Shown here: positions 7,715 to 16,577 of the stretch, piece after piece | Numbering within the stretch: the first letter of the stretch is position 1 | Layout: each line of letters opens with the position of its first letter | Origin: a virus | Lineage: Duplodnaviria; Caudoviricetes | Virus record (IMG/VR): IMGVR_UViG_3300043764_000035 | Location: 1 to 39,455 of that record | Direction: 5' to 3' (one strand) | Length of the DNA: 39,455 bases | Program-made: the position numbers and the translations under genes | Notes under the pieces: generated by a model | The model's database searches: none | Told to the model about the DNA's origin: nothing | Seen by the model: only the letters and a program-made list of their open reading frames with translations

Positions 7715-8001
7715 TAGAACCTCCTGATTAGTCCGGTCTTGCTGGTTTGTACTGGTGTTTCACTTGTCTTTGGTAGTGTTAGGGCTGCTGGGACTGAGAC
7801 TGACTTGACGACCGTCGCGTTCAACAACGCCTTGATATCCACCGTTGGGGCTTCCCCTGTGGCCTTCTTAGTCCTAGCGCCGCCTTCTCTCGCAGCGCGC
7901 TGGCGGCGCTGGTAGGCGATGATTTTGTCCAAGTCTACTTTGCTCAGGCTAAGCGGGTCTTGGGACATTAACGTAGTCAGATCAATTGGTTCTTCGCTCA
8001 C
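7714..8001 (-). CDS. Hypothetical protein with C-terminal LIRRF
   Basis: Coupled ORF; DPLSLSKVDLDKIIAYQR helix followed by a disordered tail. Confidence 0.65.
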   Translation of the reverse strand: MSEEPIDLTTLMSQDPLSLSKVDLDKIIAYQRRQRAAREGGARTKKATGEAPTVDIKALLNATVVKSVSVPAALTLPKTSETPVQTSKTGLIRRF

Positions 8002-8228
8002 GGCAACTCCTCCGCGCTGGTTTTCTTTACGATAAAGAACGTAGTGACGCCGGGCTGAGCGATCATCAGGTTCTCAAACCCGCCGGTGGCTCTTTTGCAG
8101 GCGTAGAGGGCATTGACGAGCAGGCGCTTGTCTTCCTCGCTGGCGACTTCTACGAGGATGCCGAACTCTTGCTTTTCAGCTTCCTGCCAGAAGTTAAGAT
8201 AGCTGATCGGGTCCAGCTTCGTTGCCAT
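7998..8228 (-). CDS. Hypothetical protein
   Basis: Coupled ORF, GGAGG RBS. Confidence 0.6.
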   Translation of the reverse strand: MATKLDPISYLNFWQEAEKQEFGILVEVASEEDKRLLVNALYACKRATGGFENLMIAQPGVTTFFIVKKTSAEELP

Positions 8229-8559
8229 CGACGTATCCCTCCACTTCGCTCAACAGCTCGATTTCCTCGGAATTGAGTTGCATGCGGATGGCATAGACCC
8301 ACCACTTGCCGTTGGTATCTTCTTTCACCTGAAGCCGGAACCGGTCGTACTCCGTGGTGCCATGTTTGGGGTTGCCTTCTTCGTATACCTTGCGGCTCTC
8401 TTCTCGAGCTAGCTGCCGGAATTGATTGCACCGCATGCGGAAGTAGTTCGCATCGCCTTCGGCTCCGAGGCACACCCGGCCGCCACGGGGATCGTCCGCA
8501 ATCTTGTCGAAGAAGTCGTAGCAGTCAGGATAGGACTGCAGGGACGTTGGTAGTGACAT
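8194..8559 (-). CDS. Hypothetical protein
   Basis: Start set at MSLPTS after an AGGA RBS. Confidence 0.6.
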   Translation of the reverse strand: MSLPTSLQSYPDCYDFFDKIADDPRGGRVCLGAEGDANYFRMRCNQFRQLAREESRKVYEEGNPKHGTTEYDRFRLQVKEDTNGKWWVYAIRMQLNSEEIELLSEVEGYVDGNEAGPDQLS

Positions 8560-8863
8560 TGTCTTTACTTTCCTGCTCTTTGATGATCTTGTACAGCCTC
8601 CGCCGATCACCGAGGCGAACCCGACCACGAAGCGCATAGCCGCTACCTTTCAGCGCTTCGCCGATTTTGTTAATGTGTACCACGACTGTGTTGTAGCCGA
8701 CGTAGTAGTTGTAGCATGCGGCTTGGACTTCGCTGGCGAGACAATTGGGGTTGGCCCAGATAAAGGCGAAGATTTGCTGCCGCTTTGGAGGGAACAGTTG
8801 CGGTACATCGGTCTTGGCGCCGCAGTTAGGGCAGATGTGTCCTTCCTGAAACTTTATTACCAT
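8525..8863 (-). CDS. Putative DNA-binding regulator (CxxC plus OmpR/PhoB-like winged helix)
   Basis: CPNCG followed by NTVVVHINKIGEALK...YKI, resembling the trans_reg_C recognition helix. Confidence 0.55.
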   Translation of the reverse strand: MVIKFQEGHICPNCGAKTDVPQLFPPKRQQIFAFIWANPNCLASEVQAACYNYYVGYNTVVVHINKIGEALKGSGYALRGRVRLGDRRRLYKIIKEQESKDNVTTNVPAVLS

Positions 8864-10278
8864 CGTATGTCCTCGCTGTCGATTTCGGTAAGGCGGTCAC
8901 TACTGCGCGTGGAGATGACATAGTCGAGGTTTTGGTCCTGCTCGTTCTTCTCCTTCCGGACTAGCCAGGGGTCAAGATGGATGACGTTGGGCCACTCCAG
9001 GCCCTTGGCTTTGTGGCCAGTAGTGAGTAGGATGGTGCCTTCTTGCTTGAAGATATGCTCCGCGTAGGCGATGGCTTGCGCTAGCGTGTTGCCTTGCTCA
9101 GCAAACACCCGCATACACGCGGCCATATCCGGCGCGCTGCGGCTTTCCTTCTCCAGTTTCTCCGCTTCCCAATCGGCGGTGGCCTCAAGCACACCTTGAC
9201 GGGTCAGGTTCTCTGGCCCAAGCTTCTTCATTATTCCAATGAGTCGTGGGCCGATGTCACTGCCAGCAATACTAATTGAACGCCCAGCGGCCAGAAGATG
9301 AAAACCAAGAGCCAGGAGGGGGGCATTATTACGACATATAATAGTAGACTCGTCGTCGATATCCACAGCATTAAGATGACTAGGTCTTTCAACTCTGCCT
9401 CCTTCGTTAAAGGCTTTGAAATGCGGCACTCGCCAGTGGACATTCCGTACGATCTCCCAAGGGCACCGGAAGCTGATGCTTAGAGGCAGTCTCTCGCACT
9501 TGTATACTTCCGCCGCTTCTTCGATCCCACCGGCGCTGGCTCCGCGGAAGCCGTAGATGTTTTGCCATGGGTCGCCAACTCCAATAAGGCGGCCTCTAAC
9601 GAGCTTTTTAAGCAGTTGGTGATTGACGGGTGACAGGTCCTGGTATTCGTCGACAAGGACCAGAGGAAACTGAGGATATGCTCCGCCGAACAATGCGGGC
9701 ATGTATACTTGATCGTTGAAGTCCACAAGCCCAGTGTAACTTTGCTTGATACTTTTGGTGAGGACGGTGTCGATGAGGTCGGCGGTGAGGTCATCTGGAG
9801 TTTCATCCAAAGAGTGGTGGAAGCTGGTGCGGTTGATCAGTCGCTTCGCGGCGGGGTAGACCCCTTCGGGAACGTAGCCGAGGGCTTTGGCAAGGCCGAC
9901 GCCCTGGAGGACTTCGTGGTACACGCCCCAGAGGGTGCCCCGATAGTCTGCGGGAGCATCGTCGATAATGCCGCGAAGAATTGTGTTCGTCTTTCTCGCA
10001 TCGACGTGTAGGTTGCGGCTGTGGGATGATGCCCATATGCGGTGGCCGATCGAATTAAACGTACGAGTTGTAGTCGAAGAAAGCATGCGTCGAGAGGCTT
10101 CATCGGCGTTCTTTCGGTTGAAGACCAAATATAGCATTGGGCCACGTGGGAGCACTCGCTCGACGCCTTCAAGAGTCGTTGTCTTACCGGTGCCGGCTAG
10201 GGCTGAGATCATGAGGTTGGACTTCGTAGTCCGCGCTGCGTCTAGGATGGCGATTTGTTCGTCGGTTGGGTTTTCCAT
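8857..10278 (-). CDS. UvrD/Rep-like superfamily 1 helicase
   Basis: ALAGTGKTT, VDEYQD, VGDPWQNIYGFRGA, SFRCP, CRNNAPL, TGHKAKGLEW, YVISTRS. Confidence 0.92.
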   Translation of the reverse strand: MENPTDEQIAILDAARTTKSNLMISALAGTGKTTTLEGVERVLPRGPMLYLVFNRKNADEASRRMLSSTTTRTFNSIGHRIWASSHSRNLHVDARKTNTILRGIIDDAPADYRGTLWGVYHEVLQGVGLAKALGYVPEGVYPAAKRLINRTSFHHSLDETPDDLTADLIDTVLTKSIKQSYTGLVDFNDQVYMPALFGGAYPQFPLVLVDEYQDLSPVNHQLLKKLVRGRLIGVGDPWQNIYGFRGASAGGIEEAAEVYKCERLPLSISFRCPWEIVRNVHWRVPHFKAFNEGGRVERPSHLNAVDIDDESTIICRNNAPLLALGFHLLAAGRSISIAGSDIGPRLIGIMKKLGPENLTRQGVLEATADWEAEKLEKESRSAPDMAACMRVFAEQGNTLAQAIAYAEHIFKQEGTILLTTGHKAKGLEWPNVIHLDPWLVRKEKNEQDQNLDYVISTRSSDRLTEIDSEDIRW

Positions 10279-10393
10279 ATGAATAGTCCTTTGCTGTGTA
10301 GCCGCAATCTTCGCAGCGATGAGTGTCGATAGCTGAGCCTGCGCCTGGGAGCATAGTGCCGGTGCAGGCAGGGCAAGGCTTGGTGAAGGTCAT
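10184..10393 (-). CDS. Small zinc-ribbon protein
   Basis: CPAC...CEDC; 3' part overlaps the helicase start. Confidence 0.5.
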   Translation of the reverse strand: MTFTKPCPACTGTMLPGAGSAIDTHRCEDCGYTAKDYSYGKPNRRTNRHPRRSADYEVQPHDLSPSRHR

Positions 10394-10626
10394 GACACTA
10401 ACTTTCCTTGTGCTAATTCCGTGACCTTATCCCGCATCATCTTGATCAAGTGCACCACAGCCATCCAGCCCATGGCCAAGACATCGTCCTTCTGCGTTTC
10501 TTCGGTCTTGTGCAGATGAGCGATGACGGCGCATTGATCCGCCGCTTCGTCGAGGTGGTGAAGGAGCTTGACATAGGCTTCGCTACGAGTGACGAGACCA
10601 CCTTTGGTGGAGAAGTTGGTGGTCAT
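10390..10626 (-). CDS. Hypothetical protein
   Basis: Coupled ORF, helical. Confidence 0.6.
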   Translation of the reverse strand: MTTNFSTKGGLVTRSEAYVKLLHHLDEAADQCAVIAHLHKTEETQKDDVLAMGWMAVVHLIKMMRDKVTELAQGKLVS

Positions 10627-10727
10627 GACGTGGCCTTTATTAAAAGGATCATGAATATTGCTCCGGCTATAGTGCTACTGAGGAATGTGATTAGTACTAT
10701 CAGTGCTGCCTTTTGTTCCGAGTTCAT
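10623..10727 (-). CDS. 34-aa membrane peptide (not in the ORF track)
   Basis: MNSEQKAALIVLITFLSSTIAGAIFMILLIKATS; ATGA overlaps on both sides. Confidence 0.5.
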   Translation of the reverse strand: MNSEQKAALIVLITFLSSTIAGAIFMILLIKATS

Positions 10728-10942
10728 TTCTTGCTCATGTGATAGGTGGGGTCGTTGCGCCAGTTGGGCGCGTGGTTAGTGTCCATCAAGTGCGCTCGGT
10801 AGCGCTGTTCATAGTCTGGGTCAACTATCTCCTTCGTGCTCCCGTCCGCCATGCGGTATTCGCGCAGCACCGGCATCTTTGGGTCCCTCCAGTTGAGGCG
10901 TTTCGCTGCGGCTATGTCCCTGCGTCTGTTGATGCGTGGCAT
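10724..10942 (-). CDS. Hypothetical protein
   Basis: ORF with GAGGA RBS. Confidence 0.55.
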   Translation of the reverse strand: MPRINRRRDIAAAKRLNWRDPKMPVLREYRMADGSTKEIVDPDYEQRYRAHLMDTNHAPNWRNDPTYHMSKK

Positions 10943-11144
10943 AGGTCCTCACGATCTCCGGGACGAGCACGGCCCGGATGCGGTTGCTTTCATCAAGCAT
11001 CCGGGCTTCGGTTTCGATCAGGGCTTCGCGAAAGACATCCATAAAGCGCTTGTGGTCTGGGCATTGGCTCATGCGATAGATGTACTGGTCCATCCGGCGC
11101 AGATCGGCGGTGAGTTTGAGAATGAGTTCCTCTTCGCGAGTCAT
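10821..11144 (-). CDS. Hypothetical protein
   Basis: AGGAGG RBS, TAATG overlap. Confidence 0.55.
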   Translation of the reverse strand: MTREEELILKLTADLRRMDQYIYRMSQCPDHKRFMDVFREALIETEARMLDESNRIRAVLVPEIVRTYATHQQTQGHSRSETPQLEGPKDAGAARIPHGGREHEGDS

Positions 11145-11548
11145 TAAAGCCTCCTTGGCATGTGCACCTTTGGCGCAGGTGGCGGGGCGTTGGCCTTCAT
11201 CAGAGAAATGATGTCGACCTTTGGCGCTGGGCCGACCTTGTAATGGTCAGGGAGGGAAGGGGGCATTGGCGTGTCCGTGAGGTCGCAGGATATGTTCACT
11301 TCATTGAAGCCCGTGCCAATTATCTGTGAGGCGTAAGGATACGCCCGATGCCCCGAGGTAGGAATGATCCACCAATAACCAAGCCCGTCGCATTCGTGGC
11401 ATTCGATGGCCTTGTAGGTGCCGGTAGTGTAGTTGCACACGCCATATTCTATGGCACCGTTATGGCAGATGGGGCATGCCATCCGCTCCGCGACATCAAA
11501 CGCCGGCTTTCCGCGGACCTTATGCGCGATCAGATACAGCTCACTCAT
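11144..11548 (-). CDS. Zinc-finger protein with C-terminal MPRRL
   Basis: YLIAHKVRG..AFDVA, CPIC...CHECDG. Confidence 0.65.
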   Translation of the reverse strand: MSELYLIAHKVRGKPAFDVAERMACPICHNGAIEYGVCNYTTGTYKAIECHECDGLGYWWIIPTSGHRAYPYASQIIGTGFNEVNISCDLTDTPMPPSLPDHYKVGPAPKVDIISLMKANAPPPAPKVHMPRRL

Positions 11549-11823
11549 TGCAAGCCCCCGGTCTGCGCCGCTTCGTCATTCACCCGCACATTCTCCAGGA
11601 AGTTCTGGCAGTAGTCCTGAAGCATCTCCTCCGTGGTGTTGTTCTGACGATCACCGCAGTTGAACCACAGTAGAAGGTGGATCATGGTGATGACTGCCAG
11701 CGCCTCGTGAGCGTTACCGCCAACCATGCCCTTGATGGAGTTGTAGAACCCCGTGGCTATGTCCTTCAACTCGGCGATGCGTTGCGCCTCCAACGCTGCG
11801 CGCTCTTCTTGTTTCTGGTTCAT
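11545..11823 (-). CDS. Hypothetical protein
   Basis: Start set at MNQKQ (TGATG overlap, AGGAG RBS). Confidence 0.55.
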   Translation of the reverse strand: MNQKQEERAALEAQRIAELKDIATGFYNSIKGMVGGNAHEALAVITMIHLLLWFNCGDRQNNTTEEMLQDYCQNFLENVRVNDEAAQTGGLQ

Positions 11824-12119
11824 CAGATAACTCCTAGTTTCTTCAGCACATCGCGGCATGCTTCGCGATCGTTCTGGGTGAGGCCCTGACGGGCTAGTTC
11901 TTTGCTGGGCAACTCCGGGCGCAGGTAGGGCTGGCCGCTGTGTTCAACCCACATTGCGCCCAGCTCACGTAGAGCTGCGCCGAGCCCACCTTCACTTCGC
12001 GGGAAGCAGGCCACGTATGGACCATTCTGTGAAGGCAGTTGGGCGTAGATGTTGCGCTCGTCAGCCCACATCAAAACGGCGTAGGCCGGGGCGGCGCTGA
12101 GGGCGACGGTGGCAGTCAT
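11823..12119 (-). CDS. Hypothetical protein
   Basis: Start set at MTATV (ATGA overlap). Confidence 0.6.
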   Translation of the reverse strand: MTATVALSAAPAYAVLMWADERNIYAQLPSQNGPYVACFPRSEGGLGAALRELGAMWVEHSGQPYLRPELPSKELARQGLTQNDREACRDVLKKLGVI

Positions 12120-12490
12120 GGGTGGCCACAATTTTCGCAGGGGAAGGTGCGGGTGATGTTGTGGCAGTTTGCGCATGTCCAGTTGGCAGGTGCCGGCCGC
12201 GGTCTGCGTGCAGGCGAGGTTGGCGGTGGGACAAGGTCTTTCATCATATCGATGACGCTGCGGACCTTCTTCGGCGCTGGCATTGGGGCAGTGGTAAACC
12301 CAGGCGGGGCGATGCCGGCGGCACAATCCGGGCAAGGCCCCCACAAGTTCGGTGGGCTGCCGCCGGGCTCCTCCACTCTGCCAGTATCCCTACAAGTGCC
12401 ACATTCGAACTTGCTCTCAAGTTGCGTATTGCCTTCAAGCTCACGCAACCGGGCGCCGATGGCAGTGGTGTCGTCGATGATGCTCTTCAT
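12116..12490 (-). CDS. Double zinc-finger protein
   Basis: CGTC...CPDC and WTCANC...CENCG. Confidence 0.6.
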   Translation of the reverse strand: MKSIIDDTTAIGARLRELEGNTQLESKFECGTCRDTGRVEEPGGSPPNLWGPCPDCAAGIAPPGFTTAPMPAPKKVRSVIDMMKDLVPPPTSPARRPRPAPANWTCANCHNITRTFPCENCGHP

Positions 12491-12666
12491 TTCATCATGC
12501 TCCTTAGCTGGTTAGCCGCAGCACGGTGGTCGATAACCCCATGCCCACGAGTGTGGTTTTGAATGAGGCGATCGGCCAAGGCCCAATCCCTGTCGGTGGC
12601 TTCGCTGAGCTTGATGCCTGCCATTTCGAACACCTTGATGATGTCGGGGTCGGCCTTGGTAGTCAT
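12487..12666 (-). CDS. 59-aa hypothetical protein (not in the ORF track)
   Basis: MTTKADPDIIKVFEMAG...RSMMK; ATGA overlaps. Confidence 0.5.
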   Translation of the reverse strand: MTTKADPDIIKVFEMAGIKLSEATDRDWALADRLIQNHTRGHGVIDHRAAANQLRSMMK

Positions 12667-12842
12667 GGCAGGCCTATCCTTTCATATTCCATCTGGAGCC
12701 AATCCAGCCTGATGTAATCCAGCTGCGCCTCCGCTTCGCGCCAGCGGCTGCGCCAACTGGCCAGTTCCATGCGGTAGCGAAGCTCATTCTGCAGCCTCGT
12801 TGGCAAGTCCTCATGAAAACGAATGTGGATGACATTCGTCAA
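12663..12842 (-). CDS. 59-aa hypothetical protein (not in the ORF track)
   Basis: TTG start after AGGAGG; MTNVIHIRFHEDLP...ERIGLP. Confidence 0.5.
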   Translation of the reverse strand: MTNVIHIRFHEDLPTRLQNELRYRMELASWRSRWREAEAQLDYIRLDWLQMEYERIGLP

Positions 12843-13174
12843 ATGAACCTCCTTTGCATGTGAGTGGTGGCAGGTGGCTCCAAGGCGGGCTCAGGGCTGG
12901 AGTGAAGCTCAACGGCCTCTGGCTGCGGCGCCCACTCCGGCCCCATCTGTACCCAGCCGCCACGGTCGAAGTCGAGGAACCATTCGGTATCAACGAAGTT
13001 GCGCTGGAGGAACTTCGGTAGCATCTGCCTGTGGCGACAAGTCGGTCGAACCCCGGCCGGGCAGTCACATTGCTCTTCGGTGCAGATGTAGCTACTTTCG
13101 ACATTCATGTCGTCGTCGAACTTGGTGATGCGGAAGGCAGGGCCGGCGCTGCGGCAGTTGTAGAGCGTTGTCAT
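12839..13174 (-). CDS. SWIM-type zinc-finger protein with C-terminal MQRRFI
   Basis: CDCPAGVRPTCRH motif; start set at MTTLY. Confidence 0.65.
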   Translation of the reverse strand: MTTLYNCRSAGPAFRITKFDDDMNVESSYICTEEQCDCPAGVRPTCRHRQMLPKFLQRNFVDTEWFLDFDRGGWVQMGPEWAPQPEAVELHSSPEPALEPPATTHMQRRFI

Positions 13175-13350
13175 TGGTAGAACTCCACATCCCCAAGTTC
13201 TTCCATGCCCAGCACGCGGTTGATGTAGTCGGCGATCTGTTGATCGCTCCACTCGCCGTCATCGGCGATCCAGTCAGTGACTTGCGCAAGCTGCTCAGGC
13301 GTAAGGCGGTCCCATTCGCTAGCTAGGGCGAAACGACGAGGTTTAGTCAT
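13171..13350 (-). CDS. Small acidic hypothetical protein
   Basis: Coupled ORF, GGAGGAG RBS. Confidence 0.55.
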   Translation of the reverse strand: MTKPRRFALASEWDRLTPEQLAQVTDWIADDGEWSDQQIADYINRVLGMEELGDVEFYQ

Positions 13351-13607
13351 TGACACTCCTCCGGATGCATGGCGCAGAAGGCACGACGTTCGTACTCTTG
13401 CGGGGATAGCCGCTCCCGAGGCGGGCCGTAGCGGCGATAGTCTTCATCTGTATAGAATGGGCCGTAGTCATCACGAGGCAACCTGCGGCGTTGTTCCTCT
13501 GGGCCCCATTCTCTTGGGTCAGGGTAGATCAGCGGCGGGCCGTACACCTGTGCGCTGGCGCTGGCAGTGAGGGCCAAGAGGCCCAGTAGGACTAGGGCTG
13601 GTTTCAT
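13347..13607 (-). CDS. Small exported protein with signal peptide
   Basis: MKPALVLLGLLALTASASA|QVYGPP; Pro/Arg/Tyr-rich; C-terminal CAMHPEEC. Confidence 0.65.
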   Translation of the reverse strand: MKPALVLLGLLALTASASAQVYGPPLIYPDPREWGPEEQRRRLPRDDYGPFYTDEDYRRYGPPRERLSPQEYERRAFCAMHPEECQ

Positions 13608-13632
13608 GGTCACGATCTCCAATTCTGCCACC

Positions 13633-13661
13633 ATTATACACCAAAACGGGGCTTTTGTCAA
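13633..13661 (-). promoter_or_regulatory. Consensus sigma70 promoter
   Basis: TTGACA-17 bp-TATAAT; GGGGCTT/AAGCCCC inverted repeat (13648-13666) overlaps the -35. Confidence 0.85.
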
Positions 13662-13696
13662 GCCCCTTAAGTGGCTTATTTTTTCGATGTGGCCGA

Positions 13697-14002
13697 TTAG
13701 TCCAGCCGGCAGACCTCGAATGAGCGGTCGGGCTGGATCACGGCGACCCAAGAGGAGGGGTAGAGGACGATGCGCTCTTGGCGCAGGAGTAGCTCGCAGA
13801 TAGGCTTGATCGGTGGATCGCCGGGGTATTTGAGCCCATCGTCATCTTGTAGGATGAAGCCCTGGAATGGCTGCCAGCCGCCATAGGCGTAGCCGTCGTT
13901 GAGTTGCTGCGCTGCGGGCTTGGGGTTGGCTTCGCTGAGCCAAAGGGGGATGTAGCCGAAGTCAACGAGCGAAGCGCGAGGGTGATGGGGGATGAATTTC
14001 AC
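13697..14002 (-). CDS. Hypothetical phage protein
   Basis: AAGGAG RBS; globular-looking GGWQPF...YPGDPP. Confidence 0.7.
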   Translation of the reverse strand: MKFIPHHPRASLVDFGYIPLWLSEANPKPAAQQLNDGYAYGGWQPFQGFILQDDDGLKYPGDPPIKPICELLLRQERIVLYPSSWVAVIQPDRSFEVCRLD

Positions 14003-14013
14003 TGAAGTTCTCC

Positions 14014-14232
14014 TTATTTGGTTACAATTAGCTCATACGCTTTTACGAACTCGCGGATATCCGAAACGAACCACACTGGCCCCATTGCGAGCCGTTGGGC
14101 TGGCTTAGGAAGACGTCCACGAGCCATACGATTGTGCAAAGCCTGCCTGGACATGCCCAGGATTTCGGCAAACTCTGCGGTGCCAATCAGGCTGGCTTTG
14201 TATTTGGCGAGTCTCTGAGTAGGCGTGGACAT
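14014..14232 (-). CDS. AlpA/excisionase-like HTH DNA-binding protein
   Basis: LIGTAEFAEILGMSRQAL...LPKP...GPVW. Confidence 0.75.
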   Translation of the reverse strand: MSTPTQRLAKYKASLIGTAEFAEILGMSRQALHNRMARGRLPKPAQRLAMGPVWFVSDIREFVKAYELIVTK

Positions 14233-14295
14233 GCCCTTACTCCGCTTAGAGAAAAAGCGGCCAGCATTTGCGCTGGCCTAGTCAGGGAAGAAGGG

Positions 14296-15135
14296 TTAGC
14301 GGAAATAGCCGTGTTCGATGCTTTCGCTATGCCGCAAATCTTGCGAGGCAGCACTTTCGATGCTGCCTGCACCAGATGACGACGCAGGCGCTGGCTCGCT
14401 CGGTGCCCTTGGCGCAAAAGGGTCTTCGGCGCCGCCGGCCTCCTCAATAGCCGCTGAGACACCGGCCGACCTCTCCACATCTTCGCCAGCCACGGAGGTC
14501 GAATAGTCCTTCGCACTCGGCGACGGGGGTTCTGTCGATGAGACAAAAGGGCCGCCGTCACCACTTCCCTGCGAGGAATTTGTCCCGCCAGTGGAAGAAG
14601 CCTCGGGTTCGTGAGGGACAGATGAGAGTGCGGGAGCGCCGGAGGGTAAAGGGTGCAGGGCCGAGGTCAATAGAGCCTGCACCTCTTCGAGTTGGGCCTG
14701 GAGGTTGGCCTTGTCCACTTCCAAGTTGCTGCGTTGCTGGCGCAGCACGGTCAGCTCAATCTCGGTAGCCTCAGCCACTTCCGCCGCAATGATCAGGTCC
14801 GGCCGCCGCCCTTCAGCAGCCGCAAGAGCGCGGTTAGCGTCTCCGATAAAGCCGCGCAGAAGCGTAGACAAAGCTGACACCTTGTCTGCCTCTTCCAACG
14901 CGCGAAACCCAGCGTCATCGCGCTCGGCCTCCACCGAGCGCAGCTTCGCGGTGACTTCATCGTGGCTGGCCTTCAGCTCGTGAATGCGCTTTTCACGAGC
15001 CGCAATGGTGTTGCCGTCGACGGCAATGCGTTGCTCCAGTTCACGAATGCGGGCCAAGTGCCCAGGCTCCGCGTCAAGCGCTCGCTTGGCCTCGGAAATC
15101 CCTGCGAGCAGGGCAGTGATGTCGGGGTTAGACAT
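14296..15135 (-). CDS. Coiled-coil protein with disordered C-terminus
   Basis: Heptad-rich N-terminal half, Ser/Pro/Ala-rich tail, GGAG RBS. Confidence 0.7.
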   Translation of the reverse strand: MSNPDITALLAGISEAKRALDAEPGHLARIRELEQRIAVDGNTIAAREKRIHELKASHDEVTAKLRSVEAERDDAGFRALEEADKVSALSTLLRGFIGDANRALAAAEGRRPDLIIAAEVAEATEIELTVLRQQRSNLEVDKANLQAQLEEVQALLTSALHPLPSGAPALSSVPHEPEASSTGGTNSSQGSGDGGPFVSSTEPPSPSAKDYSTSVAGEDVERSAGVSAAIEEAGGAEDPFAPRAPSEPAPASSSGAGSIESAASQDLRHSESIEHGYFR

Positions 15136-15341
15136 GGCATGTCTCCAAAAGAGGTTGAAAGAAGCCCAGCGTATCCTGAGATTATCTGACCAAACGGGGG
15201 CTTGGCATTCTCATTGCTACGCTGGGTTGTGACTACTGGCCACGAAGAAGAGACTGAGCGATCAAGGGCTGTGCAACCGCAGAGGGATGGCTCCGCTTCG
15301 TTCCCTGTCCTCGCTCAGTTTGGCGCTGCTGGTTGCGCCGG

Positions 15342-16019
15342 TTAGTGAGCGGTCGGCTGGGGCTTCTGCCGGGCAGGCGGTACCTTGCCTGCTGCGGCTG
15401 CGGCCACAACCTTGTCGGCCTTGGGCTTCGCCTTCGGCGGAACCTTCGGCTTGGCCTTGAGATCAGGATTGTCCTTCTTGTCCCCAAGCAAGGCGCCGAC
15501 GTCCAAGCCCTTGACGGGCAGGGCCGCACGCTCTGCGAGGTTCTCCTCGGCCTTCTTGTAAAGCCCAGGGTTGGCCTTGAGGATTTCCTTGGCGTAAGCC
15601 GTGATCTCCTTGGCGCCGAATGCGCCGACCTTGTAGCCGTTGTCCTTGAGCGTTTGCTTGACCAGTGCCTTGGCGAGGCGCATTGCCTCGGTCTGCACTG
15701 CGCCGGAGCGCTTGGTCGTCGCCTTGGCGCCCTTCAGGTCACCATCGTACATGGCCTGAATGGTCTTCTGCGCCTGCTCCATAACGGCCTTGACCGCTTC
15801 GTCCTTGGCCGCACCGGTCTTCTTGGTGATGCCGCTAGCGATCTTGGACATGCCGAGAGAGTTGATCACGGTCTTGAGGCCGGTGATGAAGATGTATTCG
15901 TAGACATCCATATCAACGATCTTGGCCGGGTCAACTGTGACCTTACCAACACCGCCCTTGAGTTCGATCTCGAACACCTTGGCTTCGCTGGTAGGGGTAG
16001 TTTCGCTTGTGTCAGACAT
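15342..16019 (-). CDS. Lys/Ala-rich hypothetical protein (possibly nucleic-acid binding)
   Basis: AAAGGA RBS; basic, PAK-rich tail. Confidence 0.75.
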   Translation of the reverse strand: MSDTSETTPTSEAKVFEIELKGGVGKVTVDPAKIVDMDVYEYIFITGLKTVINSLGMSKIASGITKKTGAAKDEAVKAVMEQAQKTIQAMYDGDLKGAKATTKRSGAVQTEAMRLAKALVKQTLKDNGYKVGAFGAKEITAYAKEILKANPGLYKKAEENLAERAALPVKGLDVGALLGDKKDNPDLKAKPKVPPKAKPKADKVVAAAAAGKVPPARQKPQPTAH

Positions 16020-16161
16020 TACGCGTTCCTTTGTTGACGTTGAGGCAAGGACCTTGGCGTGTCGCTAAGCGGCTTTGCCGTTGCCTTCCTCGACGCCCCG
16101 AGGCAGGTAAGGGCTTGCGCCCTGCCTGCCGTAAGAGCGTTTAGCTCAGATGTAGTCGGGC

Positions 16162-16329
16162 TCAGCCGAAGGCTTCAGCCTCAGCCTTAAGTGCTGCCTT
16201 GAAGGCCATCTCACGCTTGGTTTCGGTGTCGGCCTTGATCGCCATCTCCAGATAGCGATGGGCCTTCTCAAGGACTTCGCCGTTGCCTTTGGCATAGCTG
16301 GCGCCGTAGAACTTCTGGGCTTCAGTCAT
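16162..16329 (-). CDS. Small hypothetical protein
   Basis: Start MTEAQ after AAGGAG. Confidence 0.6.
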   Translation of the reverse strand: MTEAQKFYGASYAKGNGEVLEKAHRYLEMAIKADTETKREMAFKAALKAEAEAFG

Positions 16330-16421
16330 GGGCAATGTCTCCTTCTGCTGCCACTCTGGAAGTCTAGCACATGTTGCGGCGCACAATCAAATCACATTTT
16401 CGTGATGGTGCGCTGCAACAA

Positions 16422-16577
16422 TCAGTCTATGATCACGAAAGTTACCATATAGCTGGTCACGTCTTGGTAGGTTGCAAGGTAATGGTCAACTTCAGCCCAA
16501 TCCCAGAACTCCTTATCAGGATACTCCGTTCCGGTTTTGGTGTTGACGCAGGTTAGGATTATCTTTTGCTTGGGCAT
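16422..16577 (-). CDS. 51-aa hypothetical protein (not in the ORF track)
   Basis: MPKQKIILTCVNTKTG...TFVIID; GGAG RBS. Confidence 0.55.
   Translation of the reverse strand: MPKQKIILTCVNTKTGTEYPDKEFWDWAEVDHYLATYQDVTSYMVTFVIID

Noticed and set aside
14014-14232. Evidence of a temperate lifestyle from the excisionase-like HTH
   Set aside because: No integrase, CI-like repressor or att site is visible, so lifestyle cannot be called from this window
15181-15208. Second copy of the 13633 promoter (similar AAGCCCCCGTTTGG spacer and GATAAT)
   Set aside because: The -35 is poor (ATGCCA), spacing is 16, and the sequence is better explained as the top of a hairpin
16137-16200. tRNA-like start GCGTTTAGCTCAG
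   Set aside because: No anticodon arm, T-arm (GTTCRA) or acceptor pairing follows
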